A stretch of 64,000 bases of DNA. Origin: an uncultured Spirochaetota bacterium. GTDB taxonomy: Bacteria; Spirochaetota; Spirochaetia; SZUA-6; Fen-1364. The notes below the pieces were generated by a model. It saw only the letters and a program-made list of their open reading frames with translations, was not told the origin of the DNA and searched no databases. Where the stretch lies: assembly GCA_963820525.1 (NCBI GenBank), contig CAWGAA010000001.1, positions 1,856,001 through 1,920,000 on the forward strand. Direction: 5' to 3'. The translations under genes and the position numbers were made by a program. This document shows positions 1-9,138 of this stretch, in pieces; position 1 is the first letter of the stretch; the number at the start of each line of letters is the position of its first letter.

Positions 1-870
1 GGAGAGATCGAGGCGAAGGCGCGCGAAGTGAAGCCGCTGATCCTCCTTGCCGGCTACTCGGCATATCCCCGCAGGATCGACTTCAAGAGAATGCGGGAAA
101 TCGCAGATTCGGTGGGCGCCGTCCTCATGGTGGACATGGCCCACTTCGCCGGGCTCGTGGCCGGGGGCGTTTTCACGGGAGACTACAGCCCCTTCCCGCA
201 CGCGCATGTCGTCACAACCACCACGCACAAGACCCTGCGGGGGCCGCGCTCGGGAATGGTTCTTTCCACCGCGGAGTTCGCCGACGCCCTGGACAAGGGA
301 TGCCCCCTCATGATGGGCGGGCCTCTCCCCCACGTGGTGGCGGCAAAGGCCGTGGCGCTGCGCGAAGCGCGCACGAAAGAGTTCGCGGCGTACGCGCACG
401 CCATCGTGGCGAACGCCCAGGCGTTCGCAAAGGCCTGCATCGAGGAAGGGCTCGAGGTGGTTACCGGCGGAACGGACAACCACCTGTTCCTGGTGAACGT
501 GGACTCTCTGGGCCTCACGGGAAGGCAGGCTGAGAGCGCCCTCCACGAGTGCGGCATCACATTGAACCGCAACTCCCTGCCCTTCGACCCTCATGGGCCC
601 TGGTACACCAGCGGGCTTCGCGTCGGGACGCCCGCCGTGACGACCCTCGGCATGGGCCCCGCGGAAATGCGCGAGATAGCTTCGGTGATGAAGCTCGTTC
701 TTTCCTCGACGCGCCCCCTGAAAGGCAAGGATGGGAGCCTGAGCAGGGCGAAGTATCGCGTGGAGGGGCCGGCCAGGACGGAGGCCCTCAGGCGGGTGAA
801 GGCACTTTTAGACAGGTTCCCCGTCTATCCAGAATTGGACCTACAGTTCCTCAAGGAAGCTTTCTGCTGA
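1..870 (+). CDS. glyA: Serine hydroxymethyltransferase (5' partial, begins before the window)
   Basis: Motifs DMAHFAGLVA, TTTTHKTLRGPR (PLP lysine), GGTDNHL, NRNSLPFD and SGLRVGTPA; the frame is open from base 1. Confidence 0.97.
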   Translation, partial: GEIEAKAREVKPLILLAGYSAYPRRIDFKRMREIADSVGAVLMVDMAHFAGLVAGGVFTGDYSPFPHAHVVTTTTHKTLRGPRSGMVLSTAEFADALDKGCPLMMGGPLPHVVAAKAVALREARTKEFAAYAHAIVANAQAFAKACIEEGLEVVTGGTDNHLFLVNVDSLGLTGRQAESALHECGITLNRNSLPFDPHGPWYTSGLRVGTPAVTTLGMGPAEMREIASVMKLVLSSTRPLKGKDGSLSRAKYRVEGPARTEALRRVKALLDRFPVYPELDLQFLKEAFC

Positions 871-1228
871 GATCTGGGGGCTTTCTCTCCCCCTTGCCCC
901 CTCCTCCTCCCCTCAGCTTCTTCACGAGGGAGTACACCCCCTGGGCAGCAAGGAGCCCAATGGCGGCATAGATGTACCAGGGGATGTTGCGCCCGAAGAG
1001 GAGCACGTAGACATAGGGAAGCACCGTGGCGCCGAGGAACACGCTGGACCATACGGTGATCTGCCCGGAGCTCCTGGCGGCAAGTGCTTTCACGAGCCGA
1101 AAGATCGAGTAATAGAAAAAAGGCGCGCATCCCACCAGGAGGCCGGCGAAGACGATCGGATCCACCGAATAGCTCTGCCGGATGTTCTGGATCCATTCCT
1201 GGGCTTTTTGAACGATGAATTCCAGCAT
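851..1228 (-). CDS. Small membrane protein of unknown function
   Basis: ATG at 1228 preceded by AGGAG; about 3 hydrophobic segments; lies directly downstream of the MFS gene. Confidence 0.7.
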   Translation of the reverse strand: MLEFIVQKAQEWIQNIRQSYSVDPIVFAGLLVGCAPFFYYSIFRLVKALAARSSGQITVWSSVFLGATVLPYVYVLLFGRNIPWYIYAAIGLLAAQGVYSLVKKLRGGGGGKGERKPPDLSRKLP

Positions 1229-1232
1229 GGGG

Positions 1233-2471
1233 TCACTCCTGTTTTCGAAGGCCGGGCACGGCGACGGCAACCGCCGCGGAGCAGGCCAGCATCAAGAGCG
1301 CCGAGATCGCGACCGTGAGGGGCACTCCGAACCTCTCCGCAGCCGAGCCTGCGAGCAGGGCGCCGATGGGCATGAAACCGAAAAAGGAAAGGGTGTAGAT
1401 GCTCATGACCCGGCCGCGGGCAGCGTCCGGTGAAAGGGTCTGCACAAGGGAGTTGCAGAGGTTCATGACCATGATGGCCGCCGCGCCGACGACGAGCAGG
1501 AGGGCAAGCGACGCGGGCAGGACCTTCGTCAGTGAGAAAAGTATGACCACCGCGGGAAAAGCGAAGCTTCCCACGATCAAGGCCTTGCCCCGCCCCTTGT
1601 AGGTCAGGAAGGAGGCGATTCCGAGGGCGGCGATCATGGCGCCCAGGCCGCGGGCCGACTGCAGGAGGCCGTTGGTCCGCTCGTCCCCGCCTAAAACCGT
1701 CACGGCCCAAGCCGGTATCAGGGTTGCAAACGACATCCCGAAGAGGCTCATCATCCCGATGAGAACGATGATGGCAATGATGAGCCTGTTGCCCATGACG
1801 ACCCGGACTCCTTCCCGGATGTCCCGGAGGGCGGACCCCCTCCTGGCCTGGACGCGGCGGGGGGCAAGCTTCATGGCCAGAAGTGCGATTATCACCGCGA
1901 CGAAGGACAGCCCGTTCAGCGCAAAGCACCAGCCGGGACCGAAGAAGGCGTAGGTGATCCCACCCACGGCGGGCCCGACGGCGGTCGCGATGTTGAACAT
2001 GGTGGAGTTCAGCGCGATGGCATTGGGCAGGTGGGGCCGCTCCACCATCTCCAGCACGAAGGCCTGGCGGGCGGGCGCGTCGAATGCGTTCACCACGCCC
2101 AAAAAGAACGCGAGCAGGATGATGTGCCAGGGCACCACCGCTTTCGTGAATGTCAGGACGGAAAGCACGAAGGCAAGGAGCATGCTGAGCGTCTGGGTCA
2201 CGACGAGAACGCTGCGCCGTGGAAGCCGATCCGCCGCCACTCCGCCCCACAGGGAAAAGAGCCAGGTGGCGATGCCCCCGGCGAAACCCACGTACCCGAG
2301 GAACGCGGCAGACCGGGTGATATCGAAGACGAGGTATCCCTGGGCCGTGGACTGCATCCACGTCCCGAACAGCGAGATCATCTGCCCGACAAACCAGAGG
2401 CGATAGTTGGGATAGGAAAGCGACGCGAAGGTTCTTCGCGAACCGGCCCTGCCCTTCGAGCCTTCTTCCAT
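1233..2471 (-). CDS. MFS transporter (DUF894/H+ antiporter-like)
   Basis: YRLWFVGQMISLFGTWMQ, GGVAADRLPRR (motif A), DAPARQAF and RGRVMSIY; about 12 TM segments; start approximate. Confidence 0.92.
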   Translation of the reverse strand: MEEGSKGRAGSRRTFASLSYPNYRLWFVGQMISLFGTWMQSTAQGYLVFDITRSAAFLGYVGFAGGIATWLFSLWGGVAADRLPRRSVLVVTQTLSMLLAFVLSVLTFTKAVVPWHIILLAFFLGVVNAFDAPARQAFVLEMVERPHLPNAIALNSTMFNIATAVGPAVGGITYAFFGPGWCFALNGLSFVAVIIALLAMKLAPRRVQARRGSALRDIREGVRVVMGNRLIIAIIVLIGMMSLFGMSFATLIPAWAVTVLGGDERTNGLLQSARGLGAMIAALGIASFLTYKGRGKALIVGSFAFPAVVILFSLTKVLPASLALLLVVGAAAIMVMNLCNSLVQTLSPDAARGRVMSIYTLSFFGFMPIGALLAGSAAERFGVPLTVAISALLMLACSAAVAVAVPGLRKQE

Positions 2472-2554
2472 GGGGTTCAAGGACTCGACTATAGTATGGA
2501 TGGCGCTTTTCCGGATAGCCCCGCCGGCGTATATTGAAGCCCAGGAGCCCGCAC

Positions 2555-3820
2555 ATGAACGAGTCTCTTCAGGATTCCTCCTCGATAGAGCTGGAAAGGC
2601 TTTCCCGCGACGAGGAGGTTCTTGAAACCCGGGCACGGGAGGCCGATTTGCGGCTTTCCGGCCTGAAGGACCTGGACGTCCTCCTTCGCCTGGCCCGCGT
2701 GAAGCTCTCCCTCTGCCTGCGCATGATGGAGCGAATCGGCCGGGTCTCGGGAGATGCGGAAGTCGAGAGCCTGCGGAACGGCATCTCGGAAAAAGCCCTC
2801 GCCGCGCTGGGAATCATCGATGGCCTCATGTCGGAGAACGTCTCGGAAGATCAACGCGGCGCGGTGGCCGCTGATCCGATGTTCGCTCCGTTGAAGGCGA
2901 CCCTGGAGGAGTTCCTCGTCAAGGGCGGCGGAGGATTCCTGGAGGCGCGCGAGATGGACGCCCAGAGGAGACGCGCCCTCGCGCGCGGCATCGTGGCGTC
3001 GATCAGGAAGTTCGCCGGTGATGACGACCGCTATCCTCCCCTGGAACTGGAAAATTACCCGCCGCTCGTGCGGCGGATCCTCCTCACGATCTTTCCCGTG
3101 CTGGTGAAGGAGCATCCTCAGAAGCCGCCCTATGGCATCGAGGAAGGCGAGGAGGTCCTGTACTCTTCGAAGAAGATGAAGCTTCCCGTGTCCCAGGCCA
3201 TATTCTACATGGAAAACGAGCTCCTCCCAGAGCTTCTCGCGAAGCTGGAGCAATCTCCCGGAGACGCGGGCCTTCAGGAGCGCATCGCACAGGTGCGGGA
3301 GCGCGTCGAAGACTACAAAAAGCTGCGCTTCTTTCCCCGCTCCATCCCCGTGCTGCTTGAGAAGGGATACTACACCGAAGGGATGACGAGCTACACGACG
3401 GACGGGGAGATGCTGGTCCCCATCCCGCTTCCTGTAACGATGCGCTCGGGTACCAACCTGGACAGGAGAATGGAGCTTGTGCGCGCGGACCTGGTAAGGA
3501 GGCTGGCGGGCAAGGGGATTTGCGCGGAGCTGGACATTGAATACAAACGGCTGAAAAGCCTGGACAGCGGCTTGCGGGGTAGCTCTCGAACGGCGAGCCT
3601 CAAGATCGATGCCCGATGGGGCTTCCAGGTACTGAGGAAGGAGTTCCCCTCAATTTCCCGCCTGGAGGACAAGACTGGTTTTGCCGAGCTCGAAGATCTC
3701 GCCTCTCGCGGCGGCGCGGGCGCTTCGATACGCCGGGTGTCGGCCCTCATCGAAAAGGATTCGAAGGACCTCGTTGGCGCGCCGGCGCTCAGAGGAATCT
3801 CTCGAAGCGATCCTTTTTAG
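2555..3820 (+). CDS. Hypothetical protein, helical/coiled-coil
   Basis: Long ORF with host-like codon usage; AGGAG upstream of ATG 2555; no family recognised. Confidence 0.75.
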   Translation: MNESLQDSSSIELERLSRDEEVLETRAREADLRLSGLKDLDVLLRLARVKLSLCLRMMERIGRVSGDAEVESLRNGISEKALAALGIIDGLMSENVSEDQRGAVAADPMFAPLKATLEEFLVKGGGGFLEAREMDAQRRRALARGIVASIRKFAGDDDRYPPLELENYPPLVRRILLTIFPVLVKEHPQKPPYGIEEGEEVLYSSKKMKLPVSQAIFYMENELLPELLAKLEQSPGDAGLQERIAQVRERVEDYKKLRFFPRSIPVLLEKGYYTEGMTSYTTDGEMLVPIPLPVTMRSGTNLDRRMELVRADLVRRLAGKGICAELDIEYKRLKSLDSGLRGSSRTASLKIDARWGFQVLRKEFPSISRLEDKTGFAELEDLASRGGAGASIRRVSALIEKDSKDLVGAPALRGISRSDPF

Positions 3821-4316
3821 CCCGGCACACCGGGCACACCTCGGGCGGGCCGTCGCGGGCGCACAGATACCCGCATACCCTGCAGCGCCACACGGGATAG
3901 GCAAGCGCGGCCGATCCCAGCCGCTGGCCCGCCTCCCGGGTCTTGAACTGGAGCCGCGAATCGCGATCGGGCCTTCTCTCGGGAATCCGGCGGGGTTTCT
4001 TGATGCCATCCAGGACTTCCTGCGTGACATACAGCGAGCAGAAACAGCAGCCAAAGTCGGCAAGATCCGGGTCGCGATAGTCGCAGGGGCAGATGATGTC
4101 CAGGTCTTCCTGCTTCACACCGTCCCCGAGCCGGCAGGGACAGAGCCAGTAGCCATAGCGCTTTTCGTTGACGAGCATGCCGCGCACAAGGCCGAGGGTG
4201 AATGCGCGGTTCGGGTTCAAGTGGTAGCCGGACTTCTCGGCCTCGGCATTGAGTCTTTCAAAGAGGGCCTGCACTTCCTCATCCGTGACGACGGGCGGCT
4301 TTCCCGGATCGCTCAT
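3789..4316 (-). CDS. Ferredoxin:thioredoxin reductase catalytic-subunit-like protein with C-terminal rubredoxin-like domain
   Basis: CPCR, CPCDY and CFCSLY FTR cysteine motifs, plus C-terminal CRVCGY...CPVC; start overlaps the glutaredoxin stop. Confidence 0.9.
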   Translation of the reverse strand: MSDPGKPPVVTDEEVQALFERLNAEAEKSGYHLNPNRAFTLGLVRGMLVNEKRYGYWLCPCRLGDGVKQEDLDIICPCDYRDPDLADFGCCFCSLYVTQEVLDGIKKPRRIPERRPDRDSRLQFKTREAGQRLGSAALAYPVWRCRVCGYLCARDGPPEVCPVCRAKKDRFERFL

Positions 4317-4591
4317 AGGATCTTCTCCCGTATCTCGGTTTCGTCGAACCCCGAGATGCTCTCCTTGTCGTCTATGATGATCGTCGGATACGAGCCCTCC
4401 GGGTTCCACTTCCGTATTTCCTGCCGCGCCCTTTCCTTCTCGGAGGGTTCCAGAAGGTCGACATCCACGTAGGAGTACGCCACTCCGAGGTCCTTGAGGA
4501 GGTCCTTGGCCATCCTGCACCACATGCAGGTGCTCAGCGTATAGAGCACTATCTTGCCCTTGTCGGTGCCAGCAACCGGCTGAAAAGTCAC
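4313..4591 (-). CDS. Glutaredoxin/NrdH-like redoxin
   Basis: LYTLSTCMWC (CxxC), SYPTIII and ISGF; GGAGG RBS. Confidence 0.9.
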   Translation of the reverse strand: MTFQPVAGTDKGKIVLYTLSTCMWCRMAKDLLKDLGVAYSYVDVDLLEPSEKERARQEIRKWNPEGSYPTIIIDDKESISGFDETEIREKIL

Positions 4592-4703
4592 GGTCCCCTC
4601 CTTGCTGTTTAAGATAGTAACGCGTCACAGGCTCATGGAGAAGAGTTCAGGAGGCCTCGTTTTTATTCTTAAAAAATGAAAAATATGTGTAATTAGTACT
4701 CAA

Positions 4704-4734
4704 ACTGTATCATTATATCCCTTACTGTATCATT
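4704..4734. promoter_or_regulatory. Direct repeat ACTGTATCATT x2 (20-bp period), candidate activator-binding site
   Basis: Identical 11-mers at 4704 and 4724 in an AT-rich divergent intergenic region, about 100 bp upstream of the -24/-12 box. Confidence 0.45.
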
Positions 4735-4828
4735 TTAACACAATTATTTCTCTTACCCTCAATTGGACATCGAGGCCCTTCTCACCTAATTTATTATATT
4801 ATAATAAATTATATAATTTTGCAAAAAT

Positions 4829-4845
4829 TGGCACGCCACGTGCAT
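4829..4845 (+). promoter_or_regulatory. Sigma-54 (-24/-12) promoter upstream of Hsp20
   Basis: TGGCACGCCACGTGCAT has exact GG-N10-GC spacing and ends 37 bp before the ATG. Confidence 0.7.
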
Positions 4846-4882
4846 ATTCAGTGAGTGAAATGACAGTTCAAGGAGGAACGAT

Positions 4883-5305
4883 ATGAACTTGATCAGACGC
4901 CAAGACAACATGCCGGACCTGCTCACGATGGATCGCTGGTTCGACGACCTGTGGGATTCCAGCTTCTTCGGCTCTTCCGCCATCCCCGCGGTGGATGTTC
5001 GCGAGTCCGAAGACGGCTACCGGATGGAGGTAGACCTGCCGGGCCTAACCGAAAAGGACGTGGAGGTGAAGCTGGACAACAACCTCCTCACCATCTCTTC
5101 CAAGAAGGACGAGAAGAAAGAGGAGAAGAAGAACGGCTACATCCTGCGCGAGAGGAAATCCTCGAGCTTCACCAGGAGCTTCGTCCTGCCCGAGGAGGTG
5201 GACCGGGAGAAGATCACTGCCGAGTTCACCAACGGGGTGCTCTCCCTGGGCTTTCCCAAGGTCCCGACCGCAAAGCCGAAGGTCATCGAAGTCAAGGCGA
5301 AGTAA
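4883..5305 (+). CDS. Hsp20/alpha-crystallin small heat shock protein
   Basis: PAVDVRE, VDLPG, ERKSSSFTRSFVLP and AEFTNGVLSL; AGGAGG RBS. Confidence 0.96.
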   Translation: MNLIRRQDNMPDLLTMDRWFDDLWDSSFFGSSAIPAVDVRESEDGYRMEVDLPGLTEKDVEVKLDNNLLTISSKKDEKKEEKKNGYILRERKSSSFTRSFVLPEEVDREKITAEFTNGVLSLGFPKVPTAKPKVIEVKAK

Positions 5306-5335
5306 TGCGACGCGAGAGGGATCTCGCCGACGTGG

Positions 5336-5371
5336 AGAAGGCTGCCGCTACGAGGCAGCCTTCTTTTTTTT
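5336..5371 (+). terminator. Rho-independent terminator after Hsp20
   Basis: AGAAGGCTGCC-N7-GGCAGCCTTCT followed by a T-run. Confidence 0.8.
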
Positions 5372-6160
5372 CCCCGCATGCTCGCCTCGGGCGCCGTCAT
5401 GCGCCATGGAAGCCTTGCCGCGCGTGCCGCCGGAAGCGGCATCTGCGGCTGCGGCCCTCCCGGCATGTGCCGTGTAGTGCCGGGCAAGCTGCGGAAAGCA
5501 TTCCAAATCCCTTCTCCCATGCGCCGTCAACCTGTACTTTCCCCTCTCCAACCGCTCGAACCAGCCATAGACGTTATCATAGAGGATGGAAAGGGTCTTG
5601 GGTCCCGTGCCGAGCGCCCGCAGGGCCTTTGGAGAAAGGTCTCCCTTGACCTGGAGCAGGCAGGCAATCTGGATCGCGTTCTCCCTGTATGCCGTGACGA
5701 GCTTTCTGCGGCTGCTGCCGGCCGTGTTGAAGTCTCCCGTACGGTTGGCGATCTCGTGCAGGACGGCCCGCCGGGGCGCGGCCCTTTTTCTCCTGACGAG
5801 CGGTTTTGGAGGAAACACGACCTCGACGGGGGGCCTTTCAGGATCGAGAGAGACGAAGATGAGGCCGATCTCGAGCCTTCTGAGCAGGTGCTGTACGCCC
5901 CTGTTCTGGGCATTCCACTTCCACCTGTTGGAAGGCCGCGGGATGGCAACATACACGCAGTCGGTGAGCCGCTGCCGCTTGGCCGCCTGGACCAGGAGCG
6001 CAAGGGTGAGGGCCTTCTTCAGCTCGACGATGAGAAGCTCTTCTCCCTTGAGCGCGGCGATGTCGCAGTCGTTCACCTCGCTTCTCACCGTGTAGCCCTG
6101 GGCCTCCAGAAAGCGGCAGAGGGGGTCCGCCAGGTCCGATTCGAGAATCTTTGCCTTCAT
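5348..6160 (-). CDS. DUF2161 family putative PD-(D/E)XK nuclease-fold protein
   Basis: ESDLADPL..FLEAQGYTVRSEV..CDI..IVELK, QAAKRQ and TAYRENA, NVYGWFER; start overlaps the nitrilase stop (ATGA). Confidence 0.85.
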   Translation of the reverse strand: MKAKILESDLADPLCRFLEAQGYTVRSEVNDCDIAALKGEELLIVELKKALTLALLVQAAKRQRLTDCVYVAIPRPSNRWKWNAQNRGVQHLLRRLEIGLIFVSLDPERPPVEVVFPPKPLVRRKRAAPRRAVLHEIANRTGDFNTAGSSRRKLVTAYRENAIQIACLLQVKGDLSPKALRALGTGPKTLSILYDNVYGWFERLERGKYRLTAHGRRDLECFPQLARHYTAHAGRAAAADAASGGTRGKASMAHDGARGEHAGKKKKAAS

Positions 6161-6987
6161 GCGCCGGGCCAATCGCCGGCGGCATCCAGCGGTCCGTAGG
6201 AGCTCGTCCGCCGATGGCGCAGGAGGGGCAGCCGCGCGCGAAACGCCCCGACCTCTTCGCTGTCGTAGCAGGCGGCAATCACCTCGTCGCGGCCCTCGCC
6301 CGCCCGGGCGATGACGACGCCGTGCGGGCTCACGATGGCGCTCGTCCCGTGAAAGGCCAGCTCCCGATACGACCCCTGAAGCGCGGCTCCGGCGACGAAC
6401 ATCCCGTTGTCGACGGCCCGCGCCCGAAGCACCAGCTCCCACTCCTCCGCGGGACCGAGCCACGCGCTCGCCGCCAAAACCGCCGTCGCGCCCTGCAGGG
6501 CGAGGGCGCGCGCCGTTTCGGGGAAGCGCATGTCGTAGCAGATCGCCATGCCGGCGCGAAACTGCCCCGCATCAAAGCAGGAGAACCCGTCCCCCGCCGC
6601 GGCCCACCGGGATTCGCCCTCCCACAGGTGGACCTTCCTGTAGACGGCCTTCAGCCCCCCGTCCTTGCCGATGAACGCCATGGAGTTGAGCAGCCTGCCG
6701 TCCGGCGCCCTCTCCGCGAAGCCGAAGCACAGCGAAACTCCCGCATGGCGGGCCGTCTCGGCGAGCCGGCCGATCTCCTCGCTTCGAAGCCCGACCGAAA
6801 GAGGAGGCACTTCGTCAGGAGTGAGGTAGCCGGTGAGGCAGAGCTCGGGAAATACGATGATCGAGGCGCCGCATGCGGCCGCCTCGTGCGCCTGCCCCCT
6901 CATGAGGGCGGCATTGGCGGAGAGGTTCTTGGCAACGGGAGAAAACTGGCCGCAGGCGATGAGGGTCTTCACGGGAGACTTGAGCAT
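6157..6987 (-). CDS. Carbon-nitrogen hydrolase (nitrilase family)
   Basis: Glu-Lys-Cys triad motifs FPELCLTGY, YRKVHL and ICYDMRFPE. Confidence 0.93.
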   Translation of the reverse strand: MLKSPVKTLIACGQFSPVAKNLSANAALMRGQAHEAAACGASIIVFPELCLTGYLTPDEVPPLSVGLRSEEIGRLAETARHAGVSLCFGFAERAPDGRLLNSMAFIGKDGGLKAVYRKVHLWEGESRWAAAGDGFSCFDAGQFRAGMAICYDMRFPETARALALQGATAVLAASAWLGPAEEWELVLRARAVDNGMFVAGAALQGSYRELAFHGTSAIVSPHGVVIARAGEGRDEVIAACYDSEEVGAFRARLPLLRHRRTSSYGPLDAAGDWPGA

Positions 6988-7077
6988 ATTCCATGGAAAG
7001 CCATCATGTCCATGGAACCCGGCCGGAGGCCCGGAAACTCCATCGGGTCTCCCAGCGTCGGTGCCCCGGAAACATTT

Positions 7078-7800
7078 TCAGAACGCGAAGGAGTACTGGA
7101 GGGCAATCCTGTTTCCGACCGCCGCCAGGTCACCCGGGATCGGGAAGATGATGCGGTTGTGCGTGAAATCGAAGTACTCGCGGATGGGCTCTCCCCTCCT
7201 GCCGGTCCCGGCAAGAAGGCAGTACCACGTCCCCTCGAACGGGAATATCGCGAAAAGATCCACGAACAGGTCATCAATGATAGTAGGCAGGAGAGCCTCG
7301 AGCCAGTCGTCGACGTCCACGACGATCAATCCCGTGGTGAGCCGCAGCACGTAGACGGAGTCCGCGGGAGAGGCTCCCGGAGCACGAAAGCTCTCCGACT
7401 TGGCTTCGGTAAAACGGATCTCGGGGCTGGCGAGGATGGAGCCGGGGTGGTAGCCGAGGAACGAGAAAGGGATGGGAATCTTCACGGAGGAGGTGAAGAG
7501 GATCGAGAACTCAAGGCCCTGAGGATCGTCCACGGGGTATTGGCGGACCCTGTCGATCAGGTCGAAGGGAAGCTTGAGACTCGATTTGAACTCCGTGAGG
7601 ATGTCCCGCAGGTCCGCGTTGTCCAGGTTCACTTCCACTCCGGCGACGATAACGCCGATCGCGTACGCGAAGAAGGAATCCTTCACCTGGTCCGCGGGCA
7701 GAGCTATCTCTCTGCCCGGTCTCCCAGCGGGAGAGTCTGCATGGAGCCGGACCGGCAGCGCGATCAGAAGGGCACAAACGAGACCGGCGCGGATCTTCAC
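7078..7800 (-). CDS. Hypothetical exported protein
   Basis: Signal-peptide-like N-terminus ([20 protein letters not shown]); start uncertain (7800 or 7848). Confidence 0.65.
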   Translation of the reverse strand: MKIRAGLVCALLIALPVRLHADSPAGRPGREIALPADQVKDSFFAYAIGVIVAGVEVNLDNADLRDILTEFKSSLKLPFDLIDRVRQYPVDDPQGLEFSILFTSSVKIPIPFSFLGYHPGSILASPEIRFTEAKSESFRAPGASPADSVYVLRLTTGLIVVDVDDWLEALLPTIIDDLFVDLFAIFPFEGTWYCLLAGTGRRGEPIREYFDFTHNRIIFPIPGDLAAVGNRIALQYSFAF

Positions 7801-8014
7801 GGGGAGGTCCTCGTTCAAAAAGATACCGGTCCGGGTTGGCTCATTCAAGGAGCCGGGGGGGCTGCCGGCCGCGCATGCCCCCCTGGCCGCTTATCCCGTA
7901 CCGCCCCGGCGAGCCCCCGCTGCCCGCCGCGCATGCCCCCCCTCATCGCGCGCCGGCTCGATTGACAGGGCCCCGCCGGGGCTTCACATTGATAACCGAG
8001 CTGGGAGGCAAATC

Positions 8015-9067
8015 ATGGAACCCCTATTTCTCGCCATTCTCGCCGCCGTTCTGGCGCTCCTTGTCGTGGTCCTGGTCAGGCTTTTCTCGCCGGACGTTGG
8101 GATGAGCCGGCAGATGCTTGAGCTGAAGAACGAGCTTTCCGACCTGAAGGAGAAACAGCTAGCCGGGCAGGCCCAGGCGCTCGCCTCCCTCAACGATCAC
8201 CTCATCCGATCCCAGGGCACGATAAACCAGCAGCTCGCCAACACGCAGAGGGTGATCTCCGAGGTACACCAGAAGCTCGGATCGCTCTCAGAAGCCACCC
8301 GCAACATCCAGGAGATCGGAAAGGACATCTCCTCGCTTCAGGATATCCTCCAGGCGCCCAAGCTGCGCGGCAATCTGGGCGAATATCTCCTTGAGGATCT
8401 GTTGAAGCAGGTGCTGCCGGCTGGAAACTACGCCATGAAGCATTGCTTCCGGAACGGCACGCAGGTGGATGCGATCATCCGGCTGGGGGGCAACATCATC
8501 CCCATCGACTCCAAGTTTCCCCTTGAAAGCTTCCAGCGCATCACCGCGGCGCGGGAGCCGGCGGAAAAATCGCGCTTCAAGAAGGAGTTCGTGCGCGGCG
8601 CGAAAGCGCGCATCGACGAGATCGCCTCGAAATACATCAATCCGGACGAGGGCACCTTCGATTTCGCCCTCATGTACGTGCCGGCCGAGAACGTGTTCTA
8701 CGAGATGATCGTCACCGACGAGCTCACCGACAAGAGCTACGAGATCTTCCACTACGCGGTGGGCAGGCACGTGATCCCCGTCTCTCCCAACAGCTTCTAC
8801 TCCTACCTCATGGCCATCGCGTACGGCCTGCGGGGATTTCGCATCGAGCAGCAGGCAAAGACGATTATCGGAGAGCTGGCGAAGGTGCAGGACGCCTTCT
8901 CGGCTTACAGCGAGGATTTCTCGCTCCTGGGAAAGCACATCAAGAACGCCGCCTCCAAATTCGACGACTGCCAGAAGAAGGCGGAGCGGTTCGACGAGCG
9001 GGTCTCCCGCATCACCTCGGCCGCGCTCGAGCAGGAAGAGGCGGGGAAACGGTTGGAGGGAGCGTGA
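8015..9067 (+). CDS. rmuC: DNA recombination protein RmuC family
   Basis: N-terminal TM, coiled coil, PKLRGNLGE, IDSKFPL, KYI, DFALMYVPAE and VSP; GGAGG RBS. Confidence 0.9.
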   Translation: MEPLFLAILAAVLALLVVVLVRLFSPDVGMSRQMLELKNELSDLKEKQLAGQAQALASLNDHLIRSQGTINQQLANTQRVISEVHQKLGSLSEATRNIQEIGKDISSLQDILQAPKLRGNLGEYLLEDLLKQVLPAGNYAMKHCFRNGTQVDAIIRLGGNIIPIDSKFPLESFQRITAAREPAEKSRFKKEFVRGAKARIDEIASKYINPDEGTFDFALMYVPAENVFYEMIVTDELTDKSYEIFHYAVGRHVIPVSPNSFYSYLMAIAYGLRGFRIEQQAKTIIGELAKVQDAFSAYSEDFSLLGKHIKNAASKFDDCQKKAERFDERVSRITSAALEQEEAGKRLEGA

Positions 9068-9138
9068 GTCGGGCGGCGGGCTTTACGCCCATGCCGGCGG
9101 GCCGCTGCCCGGCCCGCGCTCAGGCCGCTTCGGTGGAT

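Noticed and set aside
4693..4719. CIRCE element upstream of Hsp20 (TTAGTACTC)
   Set aside because: Only one imperfect half-site is present; the GAGTGCTAA arm is missing.
7860..7950. Duplicated cgcgcatgcccccc motif upstream of rmuC
   Set aside because: It has only two copies in a very GC-rich spacer, with no supporting structure.
5348..9067. DUF2161 and RmuC nuclease-fold genes as a defence system
   Set aside because: They are on opposite strands, separated by unrelated genes, and have no methylase, ATPase or other defence partner.
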